A stretch of DNA of 64,000 nt from Eledone cirrhosa (taxonomy: Eukaryota). The notes under the pieces were generated by a model. That model was not told the origin of the DNA, ran no database searches, and was given only the letters and a program-made list of their open reading frames with translations. The number at the start of each line of letters is the position of its first letter. Position 1 is the stretch's first letter. This document shows, in pieces, positions 25,455 to 37,733 of this stretch. The position numbers were made by a program, and so were the translations under genes. Location: the NCBI GenBank assembly GCA_964016885.1, contig OZ024753.1:16430001-16494000 (forward strand), read 5' to 3'.

Positions 25455-25870
25455 TGTAGAGTACACTGCCCAGGCTTCCTTGGGAGGATTTTATTGGCAA
25501 AACCAACCGGCAGGAGACCCAGGAGTAGCCCCAGGGCCGTATTAACAGCATTATAGGCCCCCGGGCAAAGCAGAGCACTGGGGTCCCTACCTACACAACC
25601 ATTCACAGGAATAAAAATACAAATGGGCCCCTTATCCTAGTGGGGCCTCCGGGCAACTGTCCAGCGTGCCCATGCGTTAAGACGGTCCTGGGTAGACCCC
25701 CCCCCCCCCCCCCCAGCAGGATGGTTGGATAACATCGATGAGCTTGGCTGGTCTCGCTTGGAGATCCCGTTGGATCAGTTGGAGACGGTTGTTTCTGACA
25801 GGACCCGCTAGAGGGAGTGTTTGAGGACTCTACCTCCACGACCCTCTCAGGAATTAGTGGGCGAAAAAGA
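25455..25870 (+). mobile_element. RTE (Expander-like) 3' fragment; related copies 45640-46030 (+) and 56440-56770 (-)
   Basis: GRRP...WLDNIDEL.WSR...LETVVSDRTR C-terminal signature shared by the three copies. Confidence 0.7.
25532..25690. mobile_element. hAT-like MITE nested in an RTE 3' fragment
   Basis: TIRs CAGGGCCGTATTAAC / GTTAAGACGGTCCTG; 8-bp flanks AGTAGCCC / GGTAGACC (6 of 8 match). Confidence 0.75.
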
Positions 25871-26777
25871 AGAAAAAGAAAAAGATATTCATTATTCATT
25901 ATATAAATTGTAATTAATTCAACTACCCCCCCCCCCCCCCCCCACACACACACACGCAATTATATAATAGATATGATTTAGAACGGAAACAAATTAATAA
26001 AAATTAGTTATAGAAAAGAATAGAAAAACAAAAAACATGAACATGCATGCTCAGTTATTTACAGACGACCGCGAGTAATGTTTGTGTTTCACTGTAAATA
26101 TTGAAGCAAGCCAATACAATTACGGATAGTATTGTTGATAGTAAGCGAGGCTAAGACTTGATAATAACCAAGCAGCCTCACTAGGAGCATCACCTGATAT
26201 TTCACTAAGGCCGGGCAGTAAGGCCCAATGATAGAATGACTAGGGAGCCGGAATAGCCAAGCACTGATATCAGGAGCATCGCTCTATAATTCAGTAAAGC
26301 GACCCCGACACTTCCCTCACTAACAATGACAAAATCTCCTTGTTAGCGGCCCAACGGCCATGTTGTCCAGCTCCTAGGCTCTCCCGTACATCTCAAATTC
26401 CACAGACCGAAAAATATAAATTTACCGATGAATCCACTCGGCTTTATACAGGATGACACCTCTAGGACCGCTGACCAAGACTACCCTCGTGCAGAGGGGG
26501 ACGGTGCGTTGGCCCCGGGCATCCTTTGGGGAAAGGAACTTAATAAATTTGATTGATTTATATTAAAATCGAATAAAGCGTTTATTTCATGTTTCATCTG
26601 TGTTTATATATTCAAAATGTTTTCCTTTCTCATAATATATCTCAGTATACTAGACCTTATACTTGAGTCTTTGGGGCATTAGGACTTATACTTGAGTGTT
26701 TGGGACATACAATCAAGATTTGCCTCGGGCATCAGCAGAGTTCTGCACACCGCTGATATTATAACCTAATACCAACA

Positions 26778-26901
26778 CTGTTCATAACTGCACTCCCTGT
26801 AACAATTCGTAACTGCACTCCTTGTAACTGTTCGTAACTGCCCTCCTTGTAACTGTTCGTAACTGCCCTCCTTGTAACTGTTCGTAACTGCCCTCCAGTA
26901 A
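26778..26901. repeat. 25-bp tandem repeat, 5 copies
   Basis: Unit CTGTTCGTAACTGCCCTCCTTGTAA. Confidence 0.9.
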
Positions 26902-26978
26902 ACAATTAGGACGGCAAGGGAGACGCGCTGGAAAAGCCACTCCAACTCGCGGGGTTCTTGCCTACACACACACACACG

Positions 26979-27029
<51 letters not shown>

Positions 27030-27163
27030 CGAAGGAGGTGTGGTAAGGAACCAGATCGACCATAACGCACCAGAGTACTCAGTACTTAGGGTAGTAGATT
27101 GGGTAACAGTCCAGAAATAGCCGTCGAAACGGCTTGAGCTCTGCTGTCGGGGTTAAACTTTTT

Positions 27164-27227
<64 letters not shown>

Positions 27228-27360
27228 GTATATCTATGGCAATTCAGAAGTTTATTCCGTTCAGTACGGATGTAGTGGGCCTCAGAGTTTCGCTGCAACA
27301 TGTAGGATGTGTGACTATCAATTAAAAATTATTTAGTATTAATTAAAAATAAATATTTAC

Positions 27361-28143
27361 CCCTTCAACCACTTCTTCGACAACCGGCGGCTCATCCGTG
27401 TCTTCTTCACTCTCTTCTTCAGATATTTCCTTCTCTCTTTCCAATTCGTTCTCTGTATCGGCTTCCATCCCTTCCTCCGATTCTTCTTTTCCTCCACGTT
27501 CTCCCGGTTCTTCTCCAACCTTAGCCCCTTCTCTTTCATCTTTGGTTCCTTCCTTCTCGTCTTCAGATCCTTCCTTCTCGTCTTCAGATCTTTCTTTCTC
27601 GTCTTCAGATCTTTCCTTCTCGTCTTCAGATCTTTCCTTCTCGTCTTCAGATCCCTCCTTATCGTTTTCCATTTCTTCCTTCTCGTCTTCAAGTCCTTCC
27701 TTCTCTTCAGATCCTTCCTTCTCGTCTTCAAGTCCTTCTTTATCATCGTCAGGTCTATTCTTCTCGTCTTCAAGTCCTTCCTTCTCATCTTCAAATCCTT
27801 CCTGCTCGTAACCAGGTCCTTCCTGCTCGTAACCAGGTCCTTCCTGGTTGTAATCAGGTCCTTCCTGGTCGTAATCAGGTCCTTCCTGGTCGTAACCAGG
27901 TCCTTCCTGGTCGTAATCAGGTCCTTCCTGCTCGTAACCAGGTCCTTCCTGCTCGTAACCAGGTCCTTCCTGCTCGTAATCAGGTCCTTCCTGCTCGTAA
28001 TCAGGCGCTTCTTTTCCATCCCCAGGTTCATCCATCTCATCTTCACCACCTTCGTCTCTTATTTCTTCCATTACTTGGATTCCTTCTTCTTTATCATCGT
28101 CACTATTGACACCATTCGGTTCTTCTGATTCTTCTGTTGACAT
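27361..28143 (-). CDS. LRRC23: LRRC23 first coding exon (261 codons, very acidic, internally repetitive)
   Basis: Open ATG ORF MSTEESEE...PPVVEEVVEG ending at donor GGG|GTAAAT, phase 0, which joins exon 2 in frame. Vertebrate LRRC23 also starts with an acidic segment. Confidence 0.8.
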
Positions 28144-28277
28144 TTTTCTTCAAATATTCTTTGCTTGTCTGTCGCTTTCCTTTCTTTTCTTTCTTCTCTC
28201 TATTTCTCAGCAATATCGAAATATCGAACTTGCAAAAATCTTTCAACCAAATCACTCCAAAATATTTCTCATAACAA

Positions 28278-28285
28278 ACTTCCGG
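28278..28285 (-). promoter_or_regulatory. ETS/GABP-type site CCGGAAGT
   Basis: Perfect ETS core about 135 nt upstream of the LRRC23 ATG; a short motif that could be chance. Confidence 0.3.
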
Positions 28286-28549
28286 AGAAATACACACTCT
28301 CTCTCTACCTCTCCTTCTCTTCCGCTCTCTCTCTCTACCTCTCTCTCTCTCTCTTCCTCTATTATGTATCTCTCTACCTCTCCTCTTCCGCGCTCCCTCT
28401 CTTTACCCCCTCTCTCTCTTTTTCTCTATGTCTCTCTCTACCTCTCCTTCTCTTCCGCTCTTTCTCTACCTCTCTTTCTTTACACCTCTCTCTACCTCTC
28501 TCTCTACCCCTTCTTTCTCTCTTTACCTCTTTCTCTACCTCTCTCTCTG

Positions 28550-28580
<31 letters not shown>

Positions 28581-28651
28581 CTCGTTTTCTCTCCTCTCTC
28601 TCTCTCTATATATATATATCTATCGTTTTCTGTCTCACCCCCTCTCGCAAC

Positions 28652-28714
<63 letters not shown>

Positions 28715-28921
28715 TTCTTCCTTTCCGTTCTTTATTTTAACCACCCGGTCTCGCTTCTTTCTTTCTGTTATTTTTTAATGTAGAGGCAAAAGCATGTGTG
28801 CATGTATATATATATATATACATACTACTGTACGTCTGTATACATATATGTATGTACGTGTACATACTTATACAAAAGCAAAAGTTTCCTACATATGTGA
28901 GGAAGGTTGTATGTCTGTCTG

Positions 28922-29103
28922 TAAGTATCGGTAAAGGGTCGGACGCCATGCTTTTCAGCATAGAGAAACGACCCTTTACGGTCTGAGTTCAAATCCCGCC
29001 GAGGTTAACTCTGCTTTCATCCATACGGGGTCGATAAAATAAAGTACCAGTAATGTACTGGTTTAATTGCTGGCCTTGTGCCAAAAGTAGAAACAATTAT
29101 ATT
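28922..29103 (+). mobile_element. SINE family B
   Basis: Same motifs. Confidence 0.85.
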
Positions 29104-29161
29104 ATGGTAGATATTTTGTGTAGAATATATTGCAAATAAATTTTGTTTTTCTCAACAGATT

Positions 29162-29379
29162 ACACACACATCTATATCTTTCTCTCTCTATATATATATA
29201 TGCACACACACATCTATATCTTTCTCTCTATATATATACACACACACATCTATATCTTTCTCTCTATATATATACACACACACATCTATATCTTTCTCTC
29301 TATATATATATACACACACACACACATCTATATCATTCTCCCTATATATATACACACACACACACACACATCTATATCT

Positions 29380-29426
<47 letters not shown>

Positions 29427-30460
29427 TCTATATCTTTCTCTCTTTATATACACACACACACACACATCTATATCGTTCTCTCTCTCTCTATATATATGCA
29501 CACACACATCTATATCTTTCTATATATATATATATACACACATCTATATCTTTCTCTATATATATACACACACACATCTATATCGTTCTCTCTCTATATA
29601 CACACACACACATCTATATCGTTCTCTCTCTATATATATACACACACATCTATATCGTTCTCTCTCTATATATATACACACACATCTATATCGTTCTCTC
29701 TCTATATATACACACACATCTATATCGTTCTCTCTATATATATACACACACACATCTATATCGTTCTCTCTCTATATATATACACACACACATCTATATC
29801 GTTCTCTCTCTATATATACACACACACATCTATATCTTTCTCTATATATATACACACACACACACACATCTATATCGTTCTCTCTCTATATATATACACA
29901 CATCTATATCGTTCTCTATATATATATACACACACACATCTATATCGTTCTCTCTCTATATATATACACACACACATCTATATCGTTCTCTCTCTCTATA
30001 TATATACACACACACATCTATATCTTTCTCTATATATATACACACACACACACACATCTATATCGTTCTCTCTCTCTATATATACACACACACATCTATA
30101 TCGTTCTCTCTCTATATATATACACACACACATCTATATTTTGCTCTCTATATATACGCGCACACACACATCTATATCGTTATCTCTATATATATATACA
30201 CACACATCTATATCGTTCTCTCTCTATATATACACACACACATCTATATCATTCTCTCTATATATACACACACACACATCTATATCATTCTCTCTATATA
30301 TATACACACACACACATCTATATCTTTCTCTCTCTCTCTATATATATATACACACACATCTATATCGTTCTCCCTATATATATACACACACACACACACA
30401 TCTATATCTTTCTCTCTCTCTCTATATATATATATACACACACATCTATATCTTTCTCTA
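29162..30460. repeat. Compound-microsatellite minisatellite
   Basis: Unit CATCTATATCGTT-(CT)n-(TA)n-(CA)n, roughly 33-46 bp. Confidence 0.9.
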
Positions 30461-30614
30461 GTACTCGACAACTTAGGGTAGTCGAGTGGGTAATAAGAAA
30501 AAGAGTCAGGACCCCGACGGCTGAGCTGCGGCTGTTTCGACAGCTAGATCCGAACTGTACATAAATATATATATACACACACACATACATACATACATAT
30601 ATATGTATACATAC

Positions 30615-30645
<31 letters not shown>

Positions 30646-30723
30646 ACTGTATGAATGTATGTTTGTATATATAGAGAGAGAGAGATAACAATATGATTCT
30701 CCCCAAATATAACACACATATAC

Positions 30724-30803
<80 letters not shown>

Positions 30804-31023
30804 TAAAATAACAGATTAAAGTTTAAGCAAAGAATCGCTGCTTTCACCCTTCACGGGATCTTCTGAAACTAAATATAATTAAGGCCACTGTAGAGTCTTA
30901 TTTTACTGCAGTTCTAAAGTTTCATCTAATATATTCAGTATTTTATTCTAAGCGGCCACACCATGTTCCTCTCAAAACAAGGCACCCCAGAGATTTACTA
31001 ATTTTCTAAGATTAATTTGGATT

Positions 31024-31200
31024 AGCAGTATCGGTAGAGGGTCGGACGCCATGCTTTCCAGCATAGTTACGTCCCTTTACGATCTGAGTTCAAATCCCGC
31101 CGAGGTTGACTTTGCCTTTCATCCTTACGGGGTCGATAAAATAAAGTAGCAGTAATGCACTGGGTTATTGCTAGCCTTGTGTCTAAAGTAGAAACAATTA
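31024..31200 (+). mobile_element. SINE family B
   Basis: Same motifs. Confidence 0.85.
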
Positions 31201-31636
31201 ATTTTCATATAATCTTAACGACATTTTCGGTTATATTTCCTTTTTTTCTTTAATTCTCTCCCGACAATATATTTTGGTGACCATATATATTTATGTTAAA
31301 TTGTTTTTTAACCAGGAATTGAAACCGAACCACAGGAAACTGGTCTCGGCTGATGAGGCCCGGGAAGATGAATAGATAAATATAGATATGTTTCTTTATT
31401 AGATAGATATAAATAGAGAGATAGATAGACAGGGGGAGATAGAGAGATAGATAGACAGGGAGAGAGAGAGGGGGGAGAGAGAGGGAGAGAAAGAGAGTGA
31501 GAGAGAGATGTTTTATAATTTGTTGTTCAATAAATAAATAAATGATCAACTTTGATACAGATAAAATAGAATTGTTGGGTATATATATATATTCGTAATA
31601 TATAAGATCAAAAGATGGTTAAAAGAGTTCCATGTA

Positions 31637-31703
31637 TTTTATTATGCGCATTTCAAAAACAAATATCATCATGCAATAACATTTGTGTTTTCATCAGATA
31701 AAA
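31637..31703 (-). ncRNA. Minimal hammerhead ribozyme, same family as 5452-5522
   Basis: TTTTAT-CTGATGA-AAACACAAATGTTATTGCATGATGATATTTGTTTTT-GAAA-TGCGCA-TA-ATAAAA. Confidence 0.78.
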
Positions 31704-31847
31704 CAGGAAGACATGATATGAAGGTTAAAAAACACTTGTGAATAGTGCAGTTTTAAATCAACATATCCGGTATCTGCATTGCTTTATTGTACTACAATAA
31801 AACTCACCTCCTACATATATATATTCGTATATATATTAGTTATTGGT

Positions 31848-31880
<33 letters not shown>

Positions 31881-32316
31881 AACCAAACAGTGAGTGTGTT
31901 CTGTTATTATTTCTGGCAATATTATTACAACAATATGACCCTCCCCAAGTATAACAATATATATATATATATATAGTAATAATAATAAAATTGAAGACTA
32001 AAATCCAAAGAGGGCTCGTAAAGGGTGAAAGCAGCGATTCTTTGCTTAAACTTTAATCTTTTATTTTAATAAATATATATATATATATATATGCAAAGTT
32101 TTATTTAAATTGTTGGGTTAACAACGAGTAAATATTTATAACTGATATAAAAGCACTCAACAAGTATTTGGAGTATATTTACGATATTAAATAAATGGAA
32201 ACTATATTTATAAAACCATATTTATTTCATTATATATAATATAATGAAATAAATATGGTTTTATAAATATAGTTTCCATTTATTTAATATCGTATATATA
32301 TATATATATATATACA

Positions 32317-32354
<38 letters not shown>

Positions 32355-32378
32355 TATATATATATATATATATATACA

Positions 32379-32457
<79 letters not shown>

Positions 32458-32564
32458 TGTATTATATATGTGGCGAGAAGAAGGCTTTATCGACACCCAG
32501 CATGTTGGAACTTCACACATGTTGTTGTTAGTGAGTCGGCGGGAGTGTTACTGGCGTCTAGCTG

Positions 32565-32590
32565 GTTGTTATAGCAACTAATAAGATGGC
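32565..32590. promoter_or_regulatory. RFX X-box plus YY1-like motif in a CpG-retaining unique island
   Basis: GTTGTTATAGCAAC (14-bp X-box-type near-palindrome, 32565-32578) followed by AAGATGGC (32583-32590), about 4.4 kb upstream of a ciliary gene. Confidence 0.55.
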
Positions 32591-33480
32591 CGACGAAATA
32601 ACATTTTTCTGTATTTGCTGAGCGAATTGTAGTGTACACACACACGTATATACACACATACGTATATACACACACACTTATATACACACACACACGTATA
32701 TACACATACGTGTACACACACACACACGTATATACACACACACTTATATACACACACACGTATATACACACGTATACACACACTTATATACACGCACACA
32801 CACGCGTATACACATACACGTATATACACACACATACACACACACGTATACACACACACGCATGTATATAATACACACACACGTATATACACACACACAC
32901 GTATATACACACACACACACGTATATACACACACGCACGTATACATACACACATACTTATATATACACACACAGGTATACACACCCACATGTATACACAC
33001 ATACCCACACAGAAACCCACACACAAACACCCACCCCCACACAAACACATACACACATACCCCCACACACACATTTATATATAAATACATATATAGATAC
33101 AGTGGTGGATACACATAGGTGGGGTGGGTGGGGGAGGGTCAGCTCCTCCCCCTCCTTCTAATCTACTCCTCCTGCTTCTCCTTCCCGTCCACCCCCTCCT
33201 CCACTTTCTCTTACCCATTCTTCTCCTCCTCTTCCCCCCACTCTCCTCCTCCTCCTCCTTCTTCCCCTCCTTCTCCTTCTACATCTCCTCATCCTTCTCC
33301 CCTCCTCCTCCACCTCCTCCGCTCCCTCCTCCTTCTACATCTCCTCTACCTTCTCCTTCTCCTCCTTCTTCATGAGAGGGCCATGGAGGGAAAGTTCTCA
33401 GGTACTCCTTCCCGTAGGTCCCGTCAGAAGTACCCCCCCCCCTCATCAAGTCCAGTCTCATGTTATATATATATAGTGGT

Positions 33481-35432
33481 AAGAAACCCTCAGGAGAGCT
33501 GGACAGCAGAAGGTCTTCAGAGAAGGAACTCCCAGGAGAGCTGGACAGCAGAAGGTCTTCAGAGAAGAAACTCCCTGGAGAGTTGGACAGCAGAGTTTTT
33601 TAGGGAAGGAACTCCCTGGAGAACTGGACAGTAGAAGGTCTTCAGAGAAGAAACTCCCTGGAGAGCTGGACAGCAGAAGGTCTTCAGAGAAGAAACTCCC
33701 TGGAGAGTTGGACAGCAGAAGGTCTTCAGAGAAGAAACTCCCTGGAGAGCTGGACAGCAGAGTTTTTTAGGGAAGGAACTCCCTGGAGAGCTGGACAGCA
33801 GAAGGTCTTCAGAGAAGAAACTCTCAGGAGAGCTGGACAGCAGAGTTTTTTAGGGAAGGAACTCCCTGGAGAGCTGGACAGTAGAAGGTCTTCAGAGAAG
33901 AAACTCTCAGGAGAGCTGGACAGTAGAAGGTCTTCAGAGAAGAAACTCTCAGGAGACCTGGACAGCAGAGTTTTTTAGGGAAGGAACTCCCTGGAGAGCT
34001 GGACAGTAGAAGGTCTTCAGAGAAGAAACTCTCAGGAGAGCTGGACAGTAGAAGGTCTTCAGAGAAGAAACTCTCAGGAGACCTGGACAGCAGAGTTTTT
34101 TAGGGAAGGAACTCCCTGGAGAGCTGGACAGTAGAAGGTCTTCAGAGAAGAAACTCTCAGGAGAGCTGGACAACAGAAGGTCTTCAGTGAAGAAACTCTC
34201 AGGAGAGCTGGACAGCAGAAGGTCTTCAGAGAAGAAACTCTCAGGAGACCTGGACAGCAGAGTTTTTTAGGGAAGGAACTCCCTGGAGAGCTGGACAGTA
34301 GAAGGTCTTCAGAGAAGAAACTCTCAGGAGAGCTGGACAACAGAAGGTCTTCAGTGAAGAAACTCTCAGGAGAGCTGGACAGTAGAAGGTCTTCAGAGAA
34401 GAAACTCTCAGGAGACCTGGACAGCAGAGTTTTTTAGGGAAGGAACTCCCTGGAGAGCTGGACAGTAGAAGGTCTTCAGAGAAGAAACTCTCAGGAGAGC
34501 TGGACAACAGAAGGTCTTCAGTGAAGAAACTCTCAGGAGAGCTGGACAGTAGAAGGTCTTCAGAGAAGAAACTCTCAGGAGAGCTGGACAGTAGAAGGTC
34601 TTCAGAGAAGGAACTGTCCGGAGAGCTGGACAGCAGAAGCTCTTCAGAGATGGAACTGTCAGGAGAGCTGGACAGTAGGTCTTCAGAGAAGAAACTCTCA
34701 GGAGAGCTGGACAGCAGAAGGTCTTCAGTGAAGAAACTCTCAGGAGAGCTGGACAGCAGAAGGTCTTCAGAGAAGAAACTGTCAGGAGAGCTGGACAGCA
34801 GAAGCTCTTCAGAGATGGAACTGTCAGGAGAGCTGGACAGCAGAAGGTCTTCAGAGAAGGAACTGTCTGGAGAGCTGGACAGCAGAAGCTCTTCAGAGAT
34901 GGAACTGTCAGGAGAGCTGGACAGTAGGTCTTCAGAGAAGAAACTCTCAGGAGAGCTGGACAGCAGAAGGTCTTCAGAGAAGAGACTCTCAGGAGACCTG
35001 GACAGCAGAGTTTTTTAGGGAAGGAACTCCCTGGAGAGCTGGACAGTAGAAGCTCTTCAGAGATGGAACTGTCAGGAGAGCTGGACAGTAGAAGGTCTTC
35101 AGAGAAGGAACTCTCTGGAGAGCTGTACAGTAGGTCTTCAGAGAAGGAACTCCCTGGAGTGTTGGACAGCAGAAGGTCTTCAGAGAAGAAACTCTGAAGA
35201 GAGTTGGCCAGCAGAAGGTCTTCAGAGAAGAAACTCTCAGGAGAGCTGGACAGTAGAGTTTTTTAGGGAAGGAACTCCCTGGAGAGCTGGACAGCAGAAG
35301 CTCTTCAGAGATGGAACTGTCAGGAGAGCTGGACAGCAGAAGGTCTTCAGAGATGGAACTGTCAGGAGAGCTGGACAGTAGAAGGTCTTCAGAGATGGAA
35401 GTCTCAGGAGAGCTGGACAGCAGAAGGTCTTC
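33481..35432. repeat. 41/42-bp minisatellite with higher-order blocks
   Basis: Unit GGAGAGCTGGACAGCAGAAGGTCTTCAGAGAAGAAACTCTCA, interleaved with a 41-bp variant. Confidence 0.95.
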
Positions 35433-35879
35433 AATGAAACCCCACTCAAGCTAATATTTCGGCCCTTATGTGTTTATGTGTAGGTGTGTGTGTGTTTGTG
35501 TGTGTGTATGTGGGAGGGGGTGTTTGGGTGTGTGTGTGTGCGTGTGTGTGTGTTTGTGTGTGTGTGTTTGTGTGTGTGTTGTAAATTTATAGAAAAGCAC
35601 CCCTTGTTGTTCGATGAAAGTTGTTTATTTTTAACAGTTTTTCTTTGTGTTTTCTAAGAATCTGACCTCCAACTTGCAAACGACTCGTTTTTTCTGAAAA
35701 CGGAGGAGGGGGTGGGTGGGTATTCGGAGTTTTATTACCTGGAAGTTTTCTTTTTTTTTTTCAGGTTTCTTTTGTATGTTTTAAACAAATCTGACCCCCA
35801 CTCGCAAACGACTCTTTTTCCCTGAAAATAAAGTGAGGAGAGACAGAAAGTCTTTGTTGAGTGGTGTTTCGGGTAGTTA

Positions 35880-37105
35880 TCCTTTCATGTGACTTCAGGT
35901 GTTTAACATAATCAGGCTTTGCGAGGAGTACATGCTGACAGAAATTGCATGTCCAACTACTGATGACTTCATCAAGACTGTGAGCTCAACTCTTCCGGAG
36001 CTGATGCTTCAGTTGTTTATGTTCTAGACGACATTCCTCAAAAGTTTTGCAATTGCCCTTTATGTGCTTTCTCCGCTCAGCCCTATTTAGAGCTATCTCC
36101 TCCCAGTTGTCTATATCAAATGCTAGCTCTTTGAGGTTGTTCTTGATGATGTCAGGTCACTCTCGAGTGCTACTGGTAGCGTGTAACCCAGTACAATCAG
36201 TCGCATGTTCAGGTCGTTGGCGACTAAACCGCCAATCCCACCAAGTTTACTTGGTGAGGAGGGTGATTTTGGACGTCCTGTAGGACAAAAATTAAAACCT
36301 GACAAAGGGCGGAAGAACTCATAAGAGTCAACAGCCATCTAAAAAAAATCCTGCCAAATCAATGGATGGTAGTAGTTCCAGCTGCACGCATCGAAAGACT
36401 GGTGTAGTGGTTCTGAGAACAATGGCGCTTTGTAGATGATCAATGCAAATTGACAATGGAAAGGCGCTCCCGCTCAAGTTAGAAGAGAACTATTGAACTT
36501 AAGGAGAAGCAGCGACCCCTGGTTGTATTCAGCAACTGAAACAAATATGAAGTACACCAAATTCAATGCCCCTAGGGGTGGCCCTGGTTCTTCTTATTTG
36601 TGAGTGTAAACTCGGCCAGATTAGATTGGATTGATGCTGTCTTTGTACCTCGGTTTCAGTTTGTGTTGAGGCCTTTTTCCAAGATGGAGCTCACCATAAA
36701 ACAGTTGCTTTGGGATGCTACTTTCTTTCATGCGGACAATATGTCCTGTCCAGCACATTTGAGATGTTACTTGGGACTCAATGCTTGGACATTCTGCTTT
36801 GACAAGGACATGGATGTCAGTTCTATCTTGCTATTTGATGTTAAATAAGCACTCTAAACATTTCTGCTGAAAGCACTCAAGTAATTTGATGTGTTTGCGG
36901 AGTAGCGACCAGGTTTTGGCAGAGTTTAAAAGAGCAGACAGAACACATGATCTATACACACACACCTTGGTGTTGTTGGGAATGCTGCAATTTGCCCAAA
37001 CTGTCTTTTCCAATTTTCTGAAGGCAACAGAGGCCTTCTGGATGCGCATATGTACTTCAGCATCCACGAAGCCATCATTTGAGGGTGTGCTACCCAAGTA
37101 GGGCT
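35880..37105 (-). mobile_element. Decayed RTE-BovB-like fragments (two C-terminal pieces with a non-coding block between)
   Basis: YLGS...RIQKASVAF...PKQLFYGEL..GKRP...RYKD at 36590-37105; IIKNNLK...IDNWEEIA at 35900-36153. Confidence 0.75.
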
Positions 37106-37235
37106 AAAAGGTTCATTATGTCATTACCATAACAGAAGTCCGATGAATTTTTGATTCCAGGATCAGGCCAGATCGATACAGATTATATATATTATTCATG
37201 TTATTATTATTATATATATACATATATATATATAT

Positions 37236-37572
37236 GGAGGCACATGGCTTAGTGGTTAGAGCATTGGCCTTGCAATCGAAAGGTTGTGAGTTCAATTCTC
37301 AGACCGGGTGATGTGTTGTTTCCTTGAACAAGACACTTTATTTCACATTGCTCCAGTTTACTCAGCTGTAGAAATGGGATGATAGGGACTGGGGTCCCTA
37401 TCATTCCACTGTAAAGTGGTCGTGGAGGTGCCACGGCAAAAAAGCACCCAGCACTCACTCTAAATGAGGTTGGTGTTAGGAAGGGCATCCAGCTGTAGAA
37501 ATCAAGCCAGAATCTGTTCCCGTCCCACCCTGGCAAGCAGGGAAAAGCGGACGTAAAATGAAATGATGATGA
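37236..37572 (+). mobile_element. SINE family A
   Basis: Same head, core and tail. Confidence 0.88.
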
Positions 37573-37675
37573 TTATATATATTTAATACAGAAGACCCGC
37601 CTTGCCTATGTACAAAGCGAAACCTACAGTCAGTAGGCCCCAGGACTAGAACTGTTTCATTCAGGAGAAATCATC

Positions 37676-37733
<58 letters not shown>

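Noticed and set aside
27357-28049. Alternative-frame ORFs (SRKDL repeats; poly-Ser on plus)
   Set aside because: Shadows of the acidic LRRC23 exon's 21-bp repeats.
31346-31375. GAAAC...GTC...CTGATGAGG as a permuted hammerhead
   Set aside because: Only 4 nt available for stem I and no stem II complement.
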